Shown piece after piece: positions 24,901-36,796 of a stretch of 64,000 nt of DNA. Position numbers and translations under genes: made by a program. Under the pieces are notes generated by a model. That model had not been told where the DNA came from. It made no database searches and saw only the letters and a program-made list of their open reading frames with translations. The DNA is from Okamejei kenojei (taxonomy: Eukaryota): positions 4,836,001 to 4,900,000 of the forward strand of contig CM069160.1 in the NCBI GenBank assembly GCA_035221665.1. The letters run 5' to 3'. The stretch's first letter is position 1; each line of letters opens with the position of its first letter.

Positions 24901-27900
24901 CAATGAGATTGGTTGGAAGATCAGGACAACACCTTATCTTACATGAGAATCATTCAGTAGTCCAATAACAGTGGGGAAGAAGGTGTTCCTGAATTTAATG
25001 GTACGTGCTTTCAAACTTTCTTGTGTACTGTCTTAACAGGGAGCGTGCGATCCCTTTTAAACCACGTGGTTGGTTGATGGTGATGAAAGAGGCAAAATGG
25101 GGCAGATGTGGACAGTAACTTGGTGGTTGTAGTAGACTGAATAATATTTTGTGGTGAGTGACTGTGCAAGTTTTACTGAAGGTGAAAATAACCAACTTAC
25201 TGTCTTGTAGTTTCCCCTGAGGTCACTCTCGCTGCCCGCCCTGATGATCATTCAGTCCTGTACTGCACTGTGTTTGGATTTTACCCACCGGCTATCAATG
25301 TCAGCTGGTTGCAGAATGGTCAACATTTCTCTGAGACCAAATCTTCTGGGGTCATACCCAATAACGATGGAACATATCATCTAACGTCTGTCCTTGAGTA
25401 TGATCCGTATGATGGGAAACAGTATTCCTGTCATGTCGATCACAGCAGCCTGCCCGGTGGGAAGACCATCATCTGGGGTAAGAACATTAAATATTATTTA
25501 GTAGATAATCATTATCTTCTGTTGTTTCCATTTTAATCATTGTGACTACATCCCATATTCCAAGATGCTTAAACTTTATTTGTTTAGTGGTGTTGCTCTA
25601 AGCAATCACATAATCAGCACCCACTCTCCACTTGAGCAGAAGACTTTGTCAACAGAAAATTTATCAAAAGTAAATAAATAACTGATATACAAGGAAGGAG
25701 TATTTGGGATTCTCAGTGGTGGAACTGAAATCCATGAAAGGTACGTTTAAATAAAAAAAATAATCTTTCCTCATGATGTGATTAACAGCAAGGCACTGGG
25801 GGAGCACATGCCCCAATCCGAATCAGTGGTCTGAAGTGCAAATGATTGAGAGCTTCATGTTCCTTGGCATGAATACATCCAATATTCTGTCATGGACTGA
25901 CCACATAGCCAAGGAGGCACACCGGCACATCTACTTCCTCAGGAGACTGGGAATATTCATCATGTCTCTGGTGACTCCAGCAAACATCTACAGATGCCGC
26001 TTGAGAAAGCATGTTGTGAGTTGCATCACATCTTGATTTGGGAACTGCACTGCCCAAGACTGCAAGAATATACACAGAGTTAAAGATCATCACACAGGCC
26101 AGACTTCCTACTATTGACTCAATCTACACCTGGTTGCCTTGGAAAACGAGCCTTATCCCACCCCGGTCATTCCTCCTTCCTGCTCCCATCAGGCAATAGG
26201 TACAGAAAGTTAAAAATATGCACTGCCTGACTCAGGAACACCCCCTTTCCATCTGTTATCAGGCTTCGGAAGTGTCCTTCCAGAATGTATGTTTAATGCC
26301 CGATTCACCTCAACCTCATAACACATTGAATATTGTCTGTGGAACTGATGCGATACAATGTTGAGAACTATATTCTGTACTCTGTATCCTCCTCTTTGCT
26401 CTATCTATTGTTTTTGAGTTTTTTATTTATGTATAGTATCTAATTTGTTTGGATAGCATGCAAAAAAACCTTTTCACTGTATCTTGAAACATCTGGCATT
26501 AATTAAAACGAAACCTAATGAAGTAAGTTCTGTGACGCAAGTTACAGCTTCTGCAACGAAAAATATAACTGCCGGACAAACAGTGATCGTACCAATTTGA
26601 TTCCAGGTATGCTGCACTAACCTACACAAATGCTCACTTTTGAAGATTCCCTCGAACAATGCACAACTAAGGAATCTGATGTTTCACTCTGAAGACTGTT
26701 GACATACTCCGAAACTTAATTTCCAACCTATCTATCTATCATCAGCATTCTAGGCTACAGCACCATCAGTCCCTTCACCTGCTCTTAATGCCAACGATAA
26801 GTAGTTCACTTTCGTGCATTGATTCCCAACCTGCAGTTGCCGTTTCCCAACCTGAACACTCCTTTAAGACAACTCTCTGCTTGCTCTTAATTGTTTTTCC
26901 ATTCATGCTAATTATTACCCCCAATGTCATAAGCCATGTGCCTTTGCATCACTTGATCAGATATCTTATGAAACTCAAGATATTCTGGCGACATCTGGTG
27001 GTCAGACCACTTATTGCTAGAACCCTCGTCAGGGGAGCTGGGACTATCATGTGCTAATTATTTGTTCTGAAGAAGGGTCTTCGCCTATCTCCTTCGCTCC
27101 TTAGATGCTGCTGCAACCCTGGGACTATCATGTGACAGGGTTTTTCAGTCAGTCAACTGGGGGTACACAAAAGGCTGGAGAAACTCAGCGGGTGCAGCAG
27201 CATCTAAGGAGCGAAGGAGATAGGCGACGTTTCGGGTCGAGACCCTTCTTGTGTGCCCGATTACAACGGCAGGAACGTTGCGCAAATCCTTACTAAACGC
27301 GAGTGTGCCGAAACAGTTTATCTTAAAAAAACATTGATTTGTTCACGACGCTTGGACCTCTACATTTTAGAAACATAGAAACATAGAAAATAGGTGCAGG
27401 AGGAGGCCATTCTGCCCTTCGAGCCAGCACCGTCATTCATTGTGATCATGGCTGATCGGCCCCTATCAATAACCCGTGCAAATATATTGTATTTATTTTG
27501 TTTCTCATTCCAATTTTGTTACCTATTCTGCTTTTCCATCATTTTGTTTTTGAATTTTAGGCTGTGCACACCTGCAAACTACTGCTGCTCGAATATACAT
27601 TGTCTGCGGGTTCCTGTTGCATTTTCAAAGAATTCTAATCAATTTCTCAAACAAAGTTTGAAGAAGGGTCCCAAAACGAAATGTCAACTGTCCATGTGTA
27701 GGGAGATAGATGGACACACATTGCTGGAATAACTCAGCTGGTCAGGCAGCATCTCTGGAGAAAAGGAATAGCTGATGTTTCGGGTCACAATCCTTCTGAC
27801 TGAGTACATGTTCGCCAGAGATGTTGCCTATTCCGCTGAGTTACCCCGGCATTTTGTGTCTATCATGTATATTCTTTCCACTGACTGGTTAACACGTAAC

Positions 27901-30562
27901 AAAAGCCTTTCACTGTACCTCAATACTCGTGACAATAAACTAAACTAAAGCTTTTGTGTAAATCAGTATCTGCATCTCTTTCTTTCTAGAATTTTCCCAT
28001 TAATGCCCTGTTAATGCACTTTATTATTTTGTTATTATTAAATGTTCTGCATTACAGCATGAAATATCCAGCATTTTCCCCAAAACAGATGTTCGGTGAT
28101 ATAGGGTTAAAGCTTTCTGCTTTAACTTTCACCTTCTTTCTTGAATTAAGTTGTGGCTGTGATGGTCCCATAGATCATACAGTTGTACAGAACAGATATT
28201 GTCCCCTTTGCCATGCTGCAGAACTCCATGATTCAAAACAACATATTTATATACCTTGAAAAGCGCCAAAGATAGACACAAAATGCTGGAGTAACTCAGC
28301 GGTCAGGTAGCATCTCTGGAGAAAAGGAATAGGTGGCATTTCGGGTCGAGACCCTTCTTCATCCTGAAGTCTTCAGACAGTGCCAATCTATTTAGATGCA
28401 CAGCTTAACAATTGATTTGTAAAATGATGCATTCTTATTTTTCAGAAGGAAATAGGAAGAAAGACAGGCACATAGGCCTTATTGCCGTGTGTGTGCTGAT
28501 ATTACTGGCTATTGTCTTGGCAGTTATTGTTTGGTGGAGAAAAAAGAGGAGAGGTAAGATGGAAACACTGTGATGCACTGTTGCTAATAAAGTATTGGGC
28601 TTGAAGAAATGATTGATCTCAAGTAGGGTAAGGCAGCAGCTACACCTGAAATGCCTCGCCAGTCACCACTGTCAACTAGCCTTTGTGCTGTTGTTAAATG
28701 TTTTTGATAATCAGATATTTGAAAATTGTGAATTCAGAGTAACATAAATAGGTAGACATTATGGATTCACTGTGCCAAATCCTAGAGATATCATCGAAAG
28801 GTACAGCATACAAGCAGTCCTTTTGGCCCACTGAGTCCATGCGACCCACCAACCACCTGTTCTCATGAATTCTATCTTATTGCACCTTCTCATCCAGTCA
28901 CCCACCTACTAAGGGCAATTTACAGTGGTCAATTAAACTATACTTGTACCTGTCCAAGTGTGTTCTAAATGTTTTTTTTAATACCTGCCTCGACTCCTTC
29001 CCCTGGAATGTTCCATATTTCCACTTCCTATGGTTCCGAATAACTCGTTTCCTTCTCACCTTAAACCTAAGTCCTCTGGTTCTTGATTACACAAGGCTGG
29101 TTAAAAGATTCCGTGCATTCAATCTATCTGTTCCCCTTGATTTTATAAACCTCTATATGATCATCCCTCAGCCACTTGGATGCCAAAGAATAAAGTCCAA
29201 GCGTGCCCATCCTCTCCCTGAATCTCAGGCCCTGTTAATGACATCCTTCCGATAGTGGAGTGACCAACACTTAACGCAATACTCCATATGCGGCCGCACC
29301 AGCATCTTGTACAACTGTAGCAGAACATCCCAACTGTTTTATTCAGTACCTTGACATGTTATTGATGTTCATGATTATTCTGTTCTTTGTGCCTGGGCCA
29401 TTTTGACTTTGTCACATTTTACTTGGTTTATGATATTGTATAGGATTTGCAATCACACCTCCCAATTGACTAAAATTATCCCAATTAACTAAATGCCTAC
29501 TATGACATTTAACTTATTGCATTATATTCAGTAAAGGGTAGAAGCTGCAGTTTTTTAAAAAAAGGGCAGGTTTTTATTACACTCTATGTGGTGTGTGCCT
29601 GGGAAGCACTGCCAGGGATGGTGGCGTTTGGTGTGCACCTTCCTGGGTGCATGGAGATGCAGGGGTTGGAGGGACATGAATCATTTGCAGGCAGATGCTG
29701 CCTAACTGGTGTCTGTCCGACTGATCTGGAGGCATTTCAATGCGATCTGATCGTCAGGCAGGGAATACTTCCAGTGACCCAATGTTGCGGAGTCGCTGAA
29801 TTTTACGGTGCATGGGAATGCCCCTGTAATAGAGGAACAGGTCCGTTGTCCAACAATGTTTTTGCTGAACATGATGCAACTTGAGGCAGAGTGGCGCAGC
29901 TGATAGAGCTGCTGCCTCAGAGCGTCAGAGACATCAGTTCAATCCTAACCTCGGTTGTCGGCTGTGTGAAGTTTGCATGTTTTCCCCATGACCGCATGGG
30001 TTTCCACTGTACTCCAGTTTCCACACACATACCAAAGATGCCAGGGTTTATGGATTAATTGGTCTCTGTAATTTGACCCTAGTGAGGAAGCGAAAGTTGG
30101 AAACGTAGAACTTGTGTGGACGAAACTATTTGAAGGAGTATTGAGTTTTTTGTTTAGTTTAGAGAGAGAGCATTGAAACGGACACTTCGGCCCACTGAGT
30201 CCGCACCAACCAACGATCACCCACATAATATAGGGACACAAGTCAATTAACCTACATACCTGCACGTCTGTCTTTGGAATGTGGGAGGAAACTGGAGCAC
30301 CTAGAGAAAACCTATGCAGTCACAGGGAGAAGGTACAAATTCCGTACAGACATCACCCGTAGTCAGGATCAAATCCGGGTGTCTGGCCCTGTACCATTAT
30401 ATCTGGAAGGTGGATGTTATGTGGGATGGATCAACAGTTAAAGCGAATAAACAAGTTGCATCTTTCTGAGTTCTGTTCTCTGCCATTTCTTAGTTCTCTA
30501 ATATATAATTTCCCTCCTCAGATTATCAAAATATTCAACCAAACCAGAACGTGCACTGCTAA
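855..30562 (+). CDS. MHC class I heavy chain, probably a non-classical lineage (6-exon spliced model, 334 aa)
   Basis: Exons 855-906, 12125-12385, 20027-20302, 25211-25477, 28446-28553 and 30522-30562 join in one open frame (1005 nt including stop). All introns are phase 1 with GT-AG ends, the canonical class I layout. The first and last exons are less certain than the middle four. Confidence 0.9.
1170..2090 (+). mobile_element. Penelope-like retroelement 3' fragment (GIY-YIG endonuclease remnant plus terminal repeat)
   Basis: ORF 1528-1854 [30 protein letters not shown]...EQHLVFRSG...GMN is a decayed Penelope GIY-YIG domain, followed by the recurrent ccagagatgctgcctg...gagttactccagca repeat. 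Confidence 0.85.
2186..3730 (+). mobile_element. CR1-type LINE, truncated ORF2 (reverse transcriptase) and 3' end
   Basis: [51 protein letters not shown], with stops and deletions. 3745-3990 re-duplicates about 2930-3165. Confidence 0.9.
4520..6380 (+). repeat. Three tRNA-derived HE1/V-SINE-like SINE copies (about 4520-4765, 5535-5845, 6113-6380)
   Basis: Shared head gcacagtgg..cag..gtagag..gctgcctca...ggttcaatcc, body ggagttt..acgttctccccgtgacc and tail gaagggcctgtttcc. Confidence 0.8.
6417..6744. mobile_element. MITE (PIF/Harbinger-like) with TAA target-site duplication
   Basis: TIRs aagccttgtcccactgtacgagttcattcaa / ttgaatgaactcgcatcgtgggacagggcca. TAA at 6414-6416 and 6745-6747. Internal 2x repeat tcttcccgag..tacctgccgttagcat. 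Confidence 0.8.
7259..7291 (-). ncRNA. Minimal hammerhead-ribozyme-like motif
   Basis: Reverse complement reads tctgaagaagggtctcgacccgaaacgtcacc; core identical to 73-104. Confidence 0.5.
8089..8620 (-). mobile_element. CR1 LINE 3' fragment
   Basis: acatagaaacat tail plus ORF2 C-terminal sequence shared with 39396-40570. Confidence 0.75.
9730..11770. repeat. HE1/V-SINE-like copies (9730-10040 -, 10740-11020 -, 11485-11770 +)
   Basis: Same consensus. Further copies at about 17897-18165, 21535-21860, 23630-23915, 29885-30390, 42250-42540, 48913-49140, 52050-52385 and 61490-61800. Confidence 0.8.
12125..12385 (+). CDS. MHC class I exon 2 (alpha1 domain)
   Basis: Acceptor tgtctag|, donor |gttagt. 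[10 protein letters not shown]...VGVLDG...PRQKWM...RRYW...MRRHNETT shows H3, Y7, D29, Y59, R84 and the N86 glycosylation site. 261 nt. Confidence 0.95.
13130..13600 (+). mobile_element. CR1 LINE 3' fragment
   Basis: [31 protein letters not shown]. Confidence 0.75.
13688..14383. mobile_element. GC-rich MITE (PIF/Harbinger-like) with TAA TSD, inserted in a SINE
   Basis: Imperfect TIRs of about 65 bp: agggcctgtcccacttacgtgtccttgg... / ...caaggacaggtaagtgggacaggggtt. TAA at 13685-13687 and 14384-14386. Confidence 0.85.
15671..15966. mobile_element. Truncated MITE of the same TIR class
   Basis: taa|agcccctgccccactt left end and a CpG-rich body with gtagtc repeats. Right end not found; it abuts a CR1 tail. 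Confidence 0.55.
18495..19285 (+). mobile_element. Penelope-like retroelement 3' fragment
   Basis: ORF 18731-19057 [34 protein letters not shown]...EQHLIFRLG; same family as 1170-2090. Confidence 0.85.
19404..19865 (-). mobile_element. RTE/RTEX-like LINE 3' fragment
   Basis: YGCEAWTLT...[19 protein letters not shown]...[11 protein letters not shown]...[14 protein letters not shown] is the RTE-group C-terminus, ending in an (ATT)n(ATC)n microsatellite tail at about 19404-19423. Confidence 0.8.
20027..20302 (+). CDS. MHC class I exon 3 (alpha2 domain)
   Basis: Acceptor ttttctttcag|, donor |gtgagt. HYVQGQFGC...AFDGRD...KWT...KEKW...CVDLWHTY shows the C101-C164 pair, Q96, D119, G120, K146, W147 and Y171. 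276 nt. Confidence 0.95.
20620..21210 (-). mobile_element. CR1 LINE 3' fragment
   Basis: [36 protein letters not shown]. Confidence 0.8.
25211..25477 (+). CDS. MHC class I exon 4 (alpha3, C1-set Ig domain)
   Basis: Acceptor tcttgtag|, donor |gtaaga. VSPEVTL...[17 protein letters not shown]...PNNDGTY...[10 protein letters not shown] contains the Ig C1 GFYP and YxCxVxH signatures. Confidence 0.95.
25795..26480 (+). mobile_element. Rex1/Babar (L2-group) LINE 3' fragment, decayed
   Basis: ESFMFLG...[21 protein letters not shown]. Related fragments lie at about 47720-48720. Confidence 0.65.
26986..27003 (-). promoter_or_regulatory. Candidate CTCF site in MHC class I intron 4
   Basis: Reverse complement gaccaccagatgtcgcca closely matches the CTCF core CCACCAGRKGGCGC (one core mismatch). 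Motif match only. Confidence 0.35.
28446..28553 (+). CDS. MHC class I exon 5 (connecting peptide, transmembrane helix, basic stop-transfer)
   Basis: Acceptor atttttcag|, donor |gtaaga. [36 protein letters not shown], in frame with alpha3. Confidence 0.92.
30522..30562 (+). CDS. MHC class I candidate exon 6 (cytoplasmic tail [13 protein letters not shown])
   Basis: Polypyrimidine acceptor tttccctcctcag| in non-repetitive sequence. The phase-1 reading gives a YxxPhi motif right after the basic stretch. TAA at 30560-30562; possible ATTAAA signal at 30595-30600. No transcript evidence. Confidence 0.65.
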
Positions 30563-31553
30563 CCAAACGCTGAGTAGAAGATTTCATGGATGTGATTAAA
30601 ATGCAGGAACTGAAAAAAATTGGAAGAGTTAAATTATGTTTATCAAACATGACAGAAATTCTCAATAGACTGCCCTGCATTTGTACAAATTAGAGCTGTC
30701 TAGCAATTAATTTTGATAACAGCTGATATGACTGAGGCCTCAACCCCTTTACTGTGCTTATTCCACATAAGACACAATTCCCTGTTCTTTTAGAATATAT
30801 CCACACACGATCCATCAATTCACCACCCTATCATGCCTCTTTAATACATTCATAAGGTTAACTGTTTCTTGTCATCTACAAGGGACACTGATCACTGAAT
30901 CAGTGATTTCAGCCATTCACGGTTAGGCAACACTTGCTTATTCCAGAAATCTCTTCTGGGTGATATCCAATATTAATATATCCTTTCTTAAATCTGAGGA
31001 CCAACCTGTGCACAGTGCTCCTGATATGTCCTTAGCAACATCATGTCCCATAATTACAATAGTAACCTACCTTTGAATGCCAATATGCTAATCACCTTCT
31101 GCGTTGTATGCTGCATCCACCTGCTGGCTTTTCTTTTGCACTTTAAGCACTTGAATCTCTTGTACTCCACTCATTTGCAATCTCACTCCATTTAGATAAT
31201 AGCTTCCTTTTAATTGCTCTTGCCAGAGTGTGTGAGCACATATTTTCCATTATTAAACTCCATTTGCCATGTTTATGATCATCTAACAAAGAGTCATAGA
31301 GCCATATAGCACGGAAGCAGGTACTTCAGCCTAATGCTCCAAGCAGAACAAGATGTTACATTTAGGCTAGTCACATTTGCCAATGTTTGGCCCACTTTCC
31401 TCTCAATATATTCTATCCATGTATCTGTCCAAGTGTCTTTTCAATGTTGTTATTCTACCTTCTCTGGCAGCTCATTCCATAACACCCAGTAACCTCTTAG
31501 TAGAAAAGGTTGCCTCTTGGGTTCCTACTAAATCTTCCTCCTCACCTTAAACC

Positions 31554-32198
31554 CAGGGGCGCAGTGCTGCCGGAGCTCACCGGGGCACCGATCTGGCACC
31601 TCTGTTAAAGAAAATAATAAACAGCGTCGAATTATAACTAGCGGATGTGTGGTCGGGGTAAACTGATTAAAAGAGGGGTAAGGGGAAGACCCATCACTAC
31701 TGAGGTTCCCTGTAGGAGGGGGGAGCACTAGGACGCAGCTGAGTCAGAACATGTGATGTGTGCATCGTTTGTGGTTGTGGGCCTGGTGCTGAGCCTATAA
31801 CCCTGGTGGGTGTGTAGCTGAGTGGGTGTGAGGGTGTGTGTGTGTGTGAGTGAGTGTGTGTGTGAAGGTCCCAGAGCTGTGGGATAGTCAGGGTGAGTCG
31901 TATCTTGCCAGCACCTCTGTAAAAATACATGACAATCGTCTTTTTCTTTACTTGCTTCAGAATGATATTTCATGATAATTAGTGAGTGCAACCGTGCAAT
32001 ATTTTGTCAGTATTAAATTAAGTGTTATATGTTTTAATGTACTAGCTATACACTGGGATGTAGTGATAGGCTATAATCTTGTTTGACCCTCTAGGGAGAC
32101 TAGCTTGCTCCCCCCACCCCCCCCCCCCCCCCCCGCAGCAAAATCTGGTGATGCCCCTGTTTGACAGCTCCGACACCTAAAAAAATAGCATTGAACTG
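31554..32198. mobile_element. hAT-like non-autonomous DNA transposon with an 8-bp TSD, inserted in a CR1 3' end
   Basis: Termini CAG...CTG; cttaaacc at 31546-31553 and 32199-32206. Host LINE sequence resumes after the TSD. Confidence 0.7.
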
Positions 32199-35100
32199 CT
32201 TAAACCTGGTTTTGCTGGTTCTTGATTACCCTACCCTGGGTAAAATAAATCCTGATCAATCGCCCTCATGATTTTAGAAAGCTCTCTAAGATCCCCAAAT
32301 TAAATGGTTTCAATTATAGATAGAGTAAGACTTTGTGGTTATTTCCAACAAGAATTTTAGACTAAAGAAAGGCCAGTGGAAGTACTTGGTCAAACAGCAT
32401 CTGTGGAGGCAAATGACATATACCAACATTTCAAGTCAAGGCACTGCATTAGATTTGAAGGAGAGGATGGCCAGATTCTAACAGCTTGAAGGGGGAATGG
32501 GGCAGAGGCTGGTAAGTGGCAGGTGGAATCAGCTGGGAAGGTGATGATGGGCAGATGGAGCAAAGTTGGTGTAGGGGTGGTTGTGGGAGAACAAATGAGC
32601 ACCAGTGGTATGGATAAGCTGAAATGTGAAAACTTTATATTCATACCATCATACACAGTAAGGTACCCAGGTGGATTATCAGATATTTTACTTAAAACTT
32701 TCAGTGCCCAAGGATAATGACAGATGGGTCAGTGTGAGAGTGGGAAGAGGTGTTAAAATACCATACAATGTCTCAGGATTCTCTTTACTTCAAAGGGTAC
32801 GTGCTCTACAAAATGGTTGACGTCTAAGCTAGTTTCTCCAAAGTAGAGAAGACCACAGTGTGAGCAGTGAATGCAGTAGGGAAATTTGAAAAAGGTGAAA
32901 GGTGAACCTCTGTCTCACTTGAAAAGTTTATTCTCCTGTTGTTCGCCTCTTCCTCCTCCTCCTCATACATGTTTCCATTTACCCATTATCCTCTCCCCAC
33001 CTGGTTCTACGTTTGATCTACCAGCCTCTGTCCCTATTCCTCCCTGATTGCTATATATGGGCAATCCATCCTCTTCCCTCACATGCCTGGTGCAGATTCT
33101 TGACCCTATTTGTGATATCAACCATTTGTCCCAATAATTTTGTTTGAGCCATTGAATGTTTTCAGTCTTCTTTTTTTAGATGCAGATTCCATTAGCTACA
33201 GTCATTATTGGATAGAATATATTTTGTTTTAACATTGCATTTAGTCTGAGACTCAGCACCAGTAAATGTTGTTACATGAAGCTTGGTTATTTGATGATGT
33301 CAAAACGTCTTGATTGTTTGAACTTTGTAGATTTCTAATCTAATGCATAGAATGTATCATCGATATGAATATAAACTTGTCCACAGTGATTGGCGGCACA
33401 GTGATCAAGTTCATTTTATGTGGCTGACTTGGTACAAGTGCTGCTCTTGATATTTCACCAAATAATAGTTGCCTGTAGAATGTGCTTGATGAATAGACCA
33501 TTGAGTGCAAGATTTTTGGAAATAGATGGGCATGAAATCCAAGTAAGCACATTGGATTGCACCCTGTTTTATAGTGGCTTCATGTTGCAAAGTAAAGGCA
33601 AGATATATGGAATATGCAAGATATAATATGAAAGATATAATATGCAAGGCAAAAAATAAATTGTTGTTAAGAAAATGTATTGCCATCCATTTATTTGCAA
33701 CAGCATCAATCACAGTTATCTTACGTCAAAGTTGATTTTGTATGGTTTTTTTTAAAAGAAAGGGAACAAAATGACCAAAATGAATTGGTAGTGAAAGCAA
33801 TACAAGGTTGTAGTGGAAACAAGTGTGTAGAAACAGGCCACTCTGCCTATCCCGTCAATACTGCTGCATATAGTCCACATGAGCCTCTTCCCACATGCGA
33901 TCTGCAAAATAGTTGGCTAGTCTATGCTGGATTCTCCAATGTAGAACCGACTGTTCCTTTCTCCTTTGTGTTTGCCCAGCCTTCCCCTAAATGCAATTCA
34001 TTCATCTGGATCCTCATTGTCACCAGTATTGGGTGGGAGAGGAGGAGAGGGAGCATTCTCTGTAGAATTCCCTGCTGGATTTTATGGTGGAAATGTTTTC
34101 ACCAATGTGATTCATTTAAAACCTTTATGTATCACCCTTCAGCCACTTCTCAAAGGGGTGGAGGGCAGGGGGTGGAAGACTTACCCAGGGAGATTCGATG
34201 ACCATGTTTTATTTATTTTATCCAAAAAAGTTTTAAATATAGGTTAGTACATTTTCAGTGCTGTGCTTAAAAAAATACAGTAGTATTCTTTTTTTGCATC
34301 TTGAGTTAACACATTGAAACAGCAATGGATGGCGTGTTCAGAATTTGTTTTCTGATTTGTCCTCGCTTTGTGAACACCAAACCAATGTATGCATCTGTCT
34401 TATCTGCAAAAAAGGCATAGGCACCAGGGTATCTTTTCCTTTTAAGTTATCATGCTCTTCGATGCAGAGGAAATGTGGCCAGGATAAATACAAAAATGTT
34501 GAAATGTAGAATATAAAATTAATAGGAATTCAGGCATTTGAGCCTCAACTATTATTCCATGTGATAAATTATGACCCACATTTATTACCTTGATCCTTTT
34601 ATTTCTCCTCATCATCTGTGATCCTTTGACCATACGAATAACATATAACTGTTTGAATAAATGTAATGATCTGTGTTCAATTGCTTCCAGTGGTATAACA
34701 TTCCACACGTTCATCATTCTGTGGAAGAAGTAATCGCTCTTCGTCTCAACTTTATGCCTGAGCTTCAGATTCTGACTACTGGGTCCTGAACTGACCTGAT
34801 TTCCCTCTTGAATATATGTATACGTACATATATACACGTNNNNNNNNNNNNNNNNNNNNNNNNNNNNNNNNNNNNNNNNNNNNNNNNNNNNNNNNNNNNN
34901 NNNNNNNNNNNNNNNNNNNNNNNNNNNNNNNNNNNNNNNNNNNNNNNNNNNNNNNNNNNNNNNNNNNNNNNNNNNNNTTTCATATTGTTTACCGTGTGCT
35001 ATGCTTACGTGTAGCGAGTAATGTCACTGTACTATCTGGGACATATGACAATAAAACACTCTTGACTCTCATGAATCTGTACAGACCTATATGAATTTTG

Positions 35101-36414
35101 TAGTAGTTTTAGAATGGTCCTAATCACAGATGTAAAACTAATCGCCCAAATTGCCCTTCATACATTTGTCCTCCCATCCCTGAAATATGATGAACGTTCA
35201 CAACACTCCCTCCATAACAAGAACATTCTTCCTAAGATCAGGAGACTAAAACTGCAGATGCTGTGGTCTTGGCAAGTATATTTCTCAGAATAACATGATG
35301 TATCTTTAGAAAGGGATCAGGGGAAATCTCTTCAGTCAGAGGGTGGTGAATCACAAATTAATTTCTTGGAGGTCTGGAAAATGATCAATCTTTGCTGGGA
35401 AAAATGGATGGGGAGGCAGTTCACGTTGATGGAAGGTTTGAGGGCTAGATGTCACAGGGAGAGAGGACAAGGACATATATGCAACGTGTGTTCGGAATTT
35501 CAAATGTATGTCATGTAGATGTGTAGTTGGGTCCATTATGCCCATAATGCATTGGAAAATGGTAAACAGCGTTTTCACCTAAAATGAAATGTTCTGCTAA
35601 CGGCACTGAATGGTAAGCAAGTAGGTTGGCTTTGGGAAACAATTTGATGCTTGAGAAAATGCGTCGGCTCGCTTAGAATAACTGGGAAATTTATGGAGCA
35701 GCCTACGAGGATATTTACAGTGTAGTAAAAGGATAAGATAAACCTTTCTTTCTCAGAGACATGCAAGAATAGCTCGGTGCTTGATTTAATGCAGAACCTT
35801 TGAAAGACAGTGGCTGGGCCTTCAAGATCTCCATACCAGCCGTCATAAATAGGAGTCTCCAATGGCAGAAGTATGAGACTTGATAGTATTTGCCACTGCT
35901 TCTATCATTTAACACATTGAGCCGAAAGCTATGAGATTCGTTGCATTTTTTAATGCTTTGTCGTGTAATTTGATGTAATAAAGATAGTCAGTTGTACCCC
36001 TGAAACATTATTTCTCTTTTCATTGATCCGAATCCTATTTATGTTTCATTACAAAAAGAGAATTGGATAAACTTATTGTGAGCAGGAAAATGAAAAAGTA
36101 CAGTCTAAGGGCTGGGGTTGAACAAGTGATTTTCTCCAGTAGAGAGGATGCATTGGCCTGATAGGATGAATGGTCTCCATCAGTACAGTAAATATTTAAA
36201 TGATCCATTGTTTTGTATTTATCATTGTATATCAAATACAATGATCAAATAGGGATATGGATAGAGAAATATTTTGGCCTGTTTATATGGTGCGAAATAA
36301 CCCACCCCAGAACAATAAATAGTTGTGAATTTACACTTAATATCATCTGTCACTGAACCAGAGTGCAGAGGTTCTCAAATTAATTGAGGAATAGTATTAA
36401 GGCGACTGGAAGTG

Positions 36415-36796
36415 ACAGGAAAGCAGACTATTATCTAAATGGTGGCCGATTAGGAAAAGGGGAGATGCAGCGAGACCTGGGTGTCATGGTACACCAGTCA
36501 TTGAAAGTAGGCATGCAGGTGCAGTAGGCAGTGAAGAAAGCGAATGGCATGTTAGCTTTCATAGCAAAAGGATTTGAGTATAGGAGCAGGGAGGTTCTAC
36601 TTCAGTTGTATAGGGTCTTGGTGAGACCACACCTGGAGTATTGCGTACAGTTCTGGTCTCCAAATCTGAGGAAGGACATTATTGCTATAGAAGGAGTGCA
36701 GAGAAGGTTCACCAGACTGATTCCTGGGATGTCAGGACTGTCTTATGATGAAAGACTGGATAGACTTGGTTTATACTCACTAGAATATAGGAGATT
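36415..36796 (+). mobile_element. CR1 LINE ORF2 fragment
   Basis: KKANGMLAFI...LYRVLVRPHLEYCVQFWSP...VQRRFTRLIPG. Confidence 0.85.

Noticed and set aside
855-30562. Calling the gene classical class I (UAA) or CD1 itself
   Set aside because: Loss of T143, Y159 and F/Y123 argues against classical. Retention of Y7, Y59, R84, K146, W147 and Y171 argues against a straightforward CD1 call. A phylogeny is needed.
35575-35990. Non-repetitive stretch with two minus-strand ORFs and an AATAAA near 35977
   Set aside because: No recognisable domain or convincing splice pair. It could be UTR or non-coding, but I cannot support a call.
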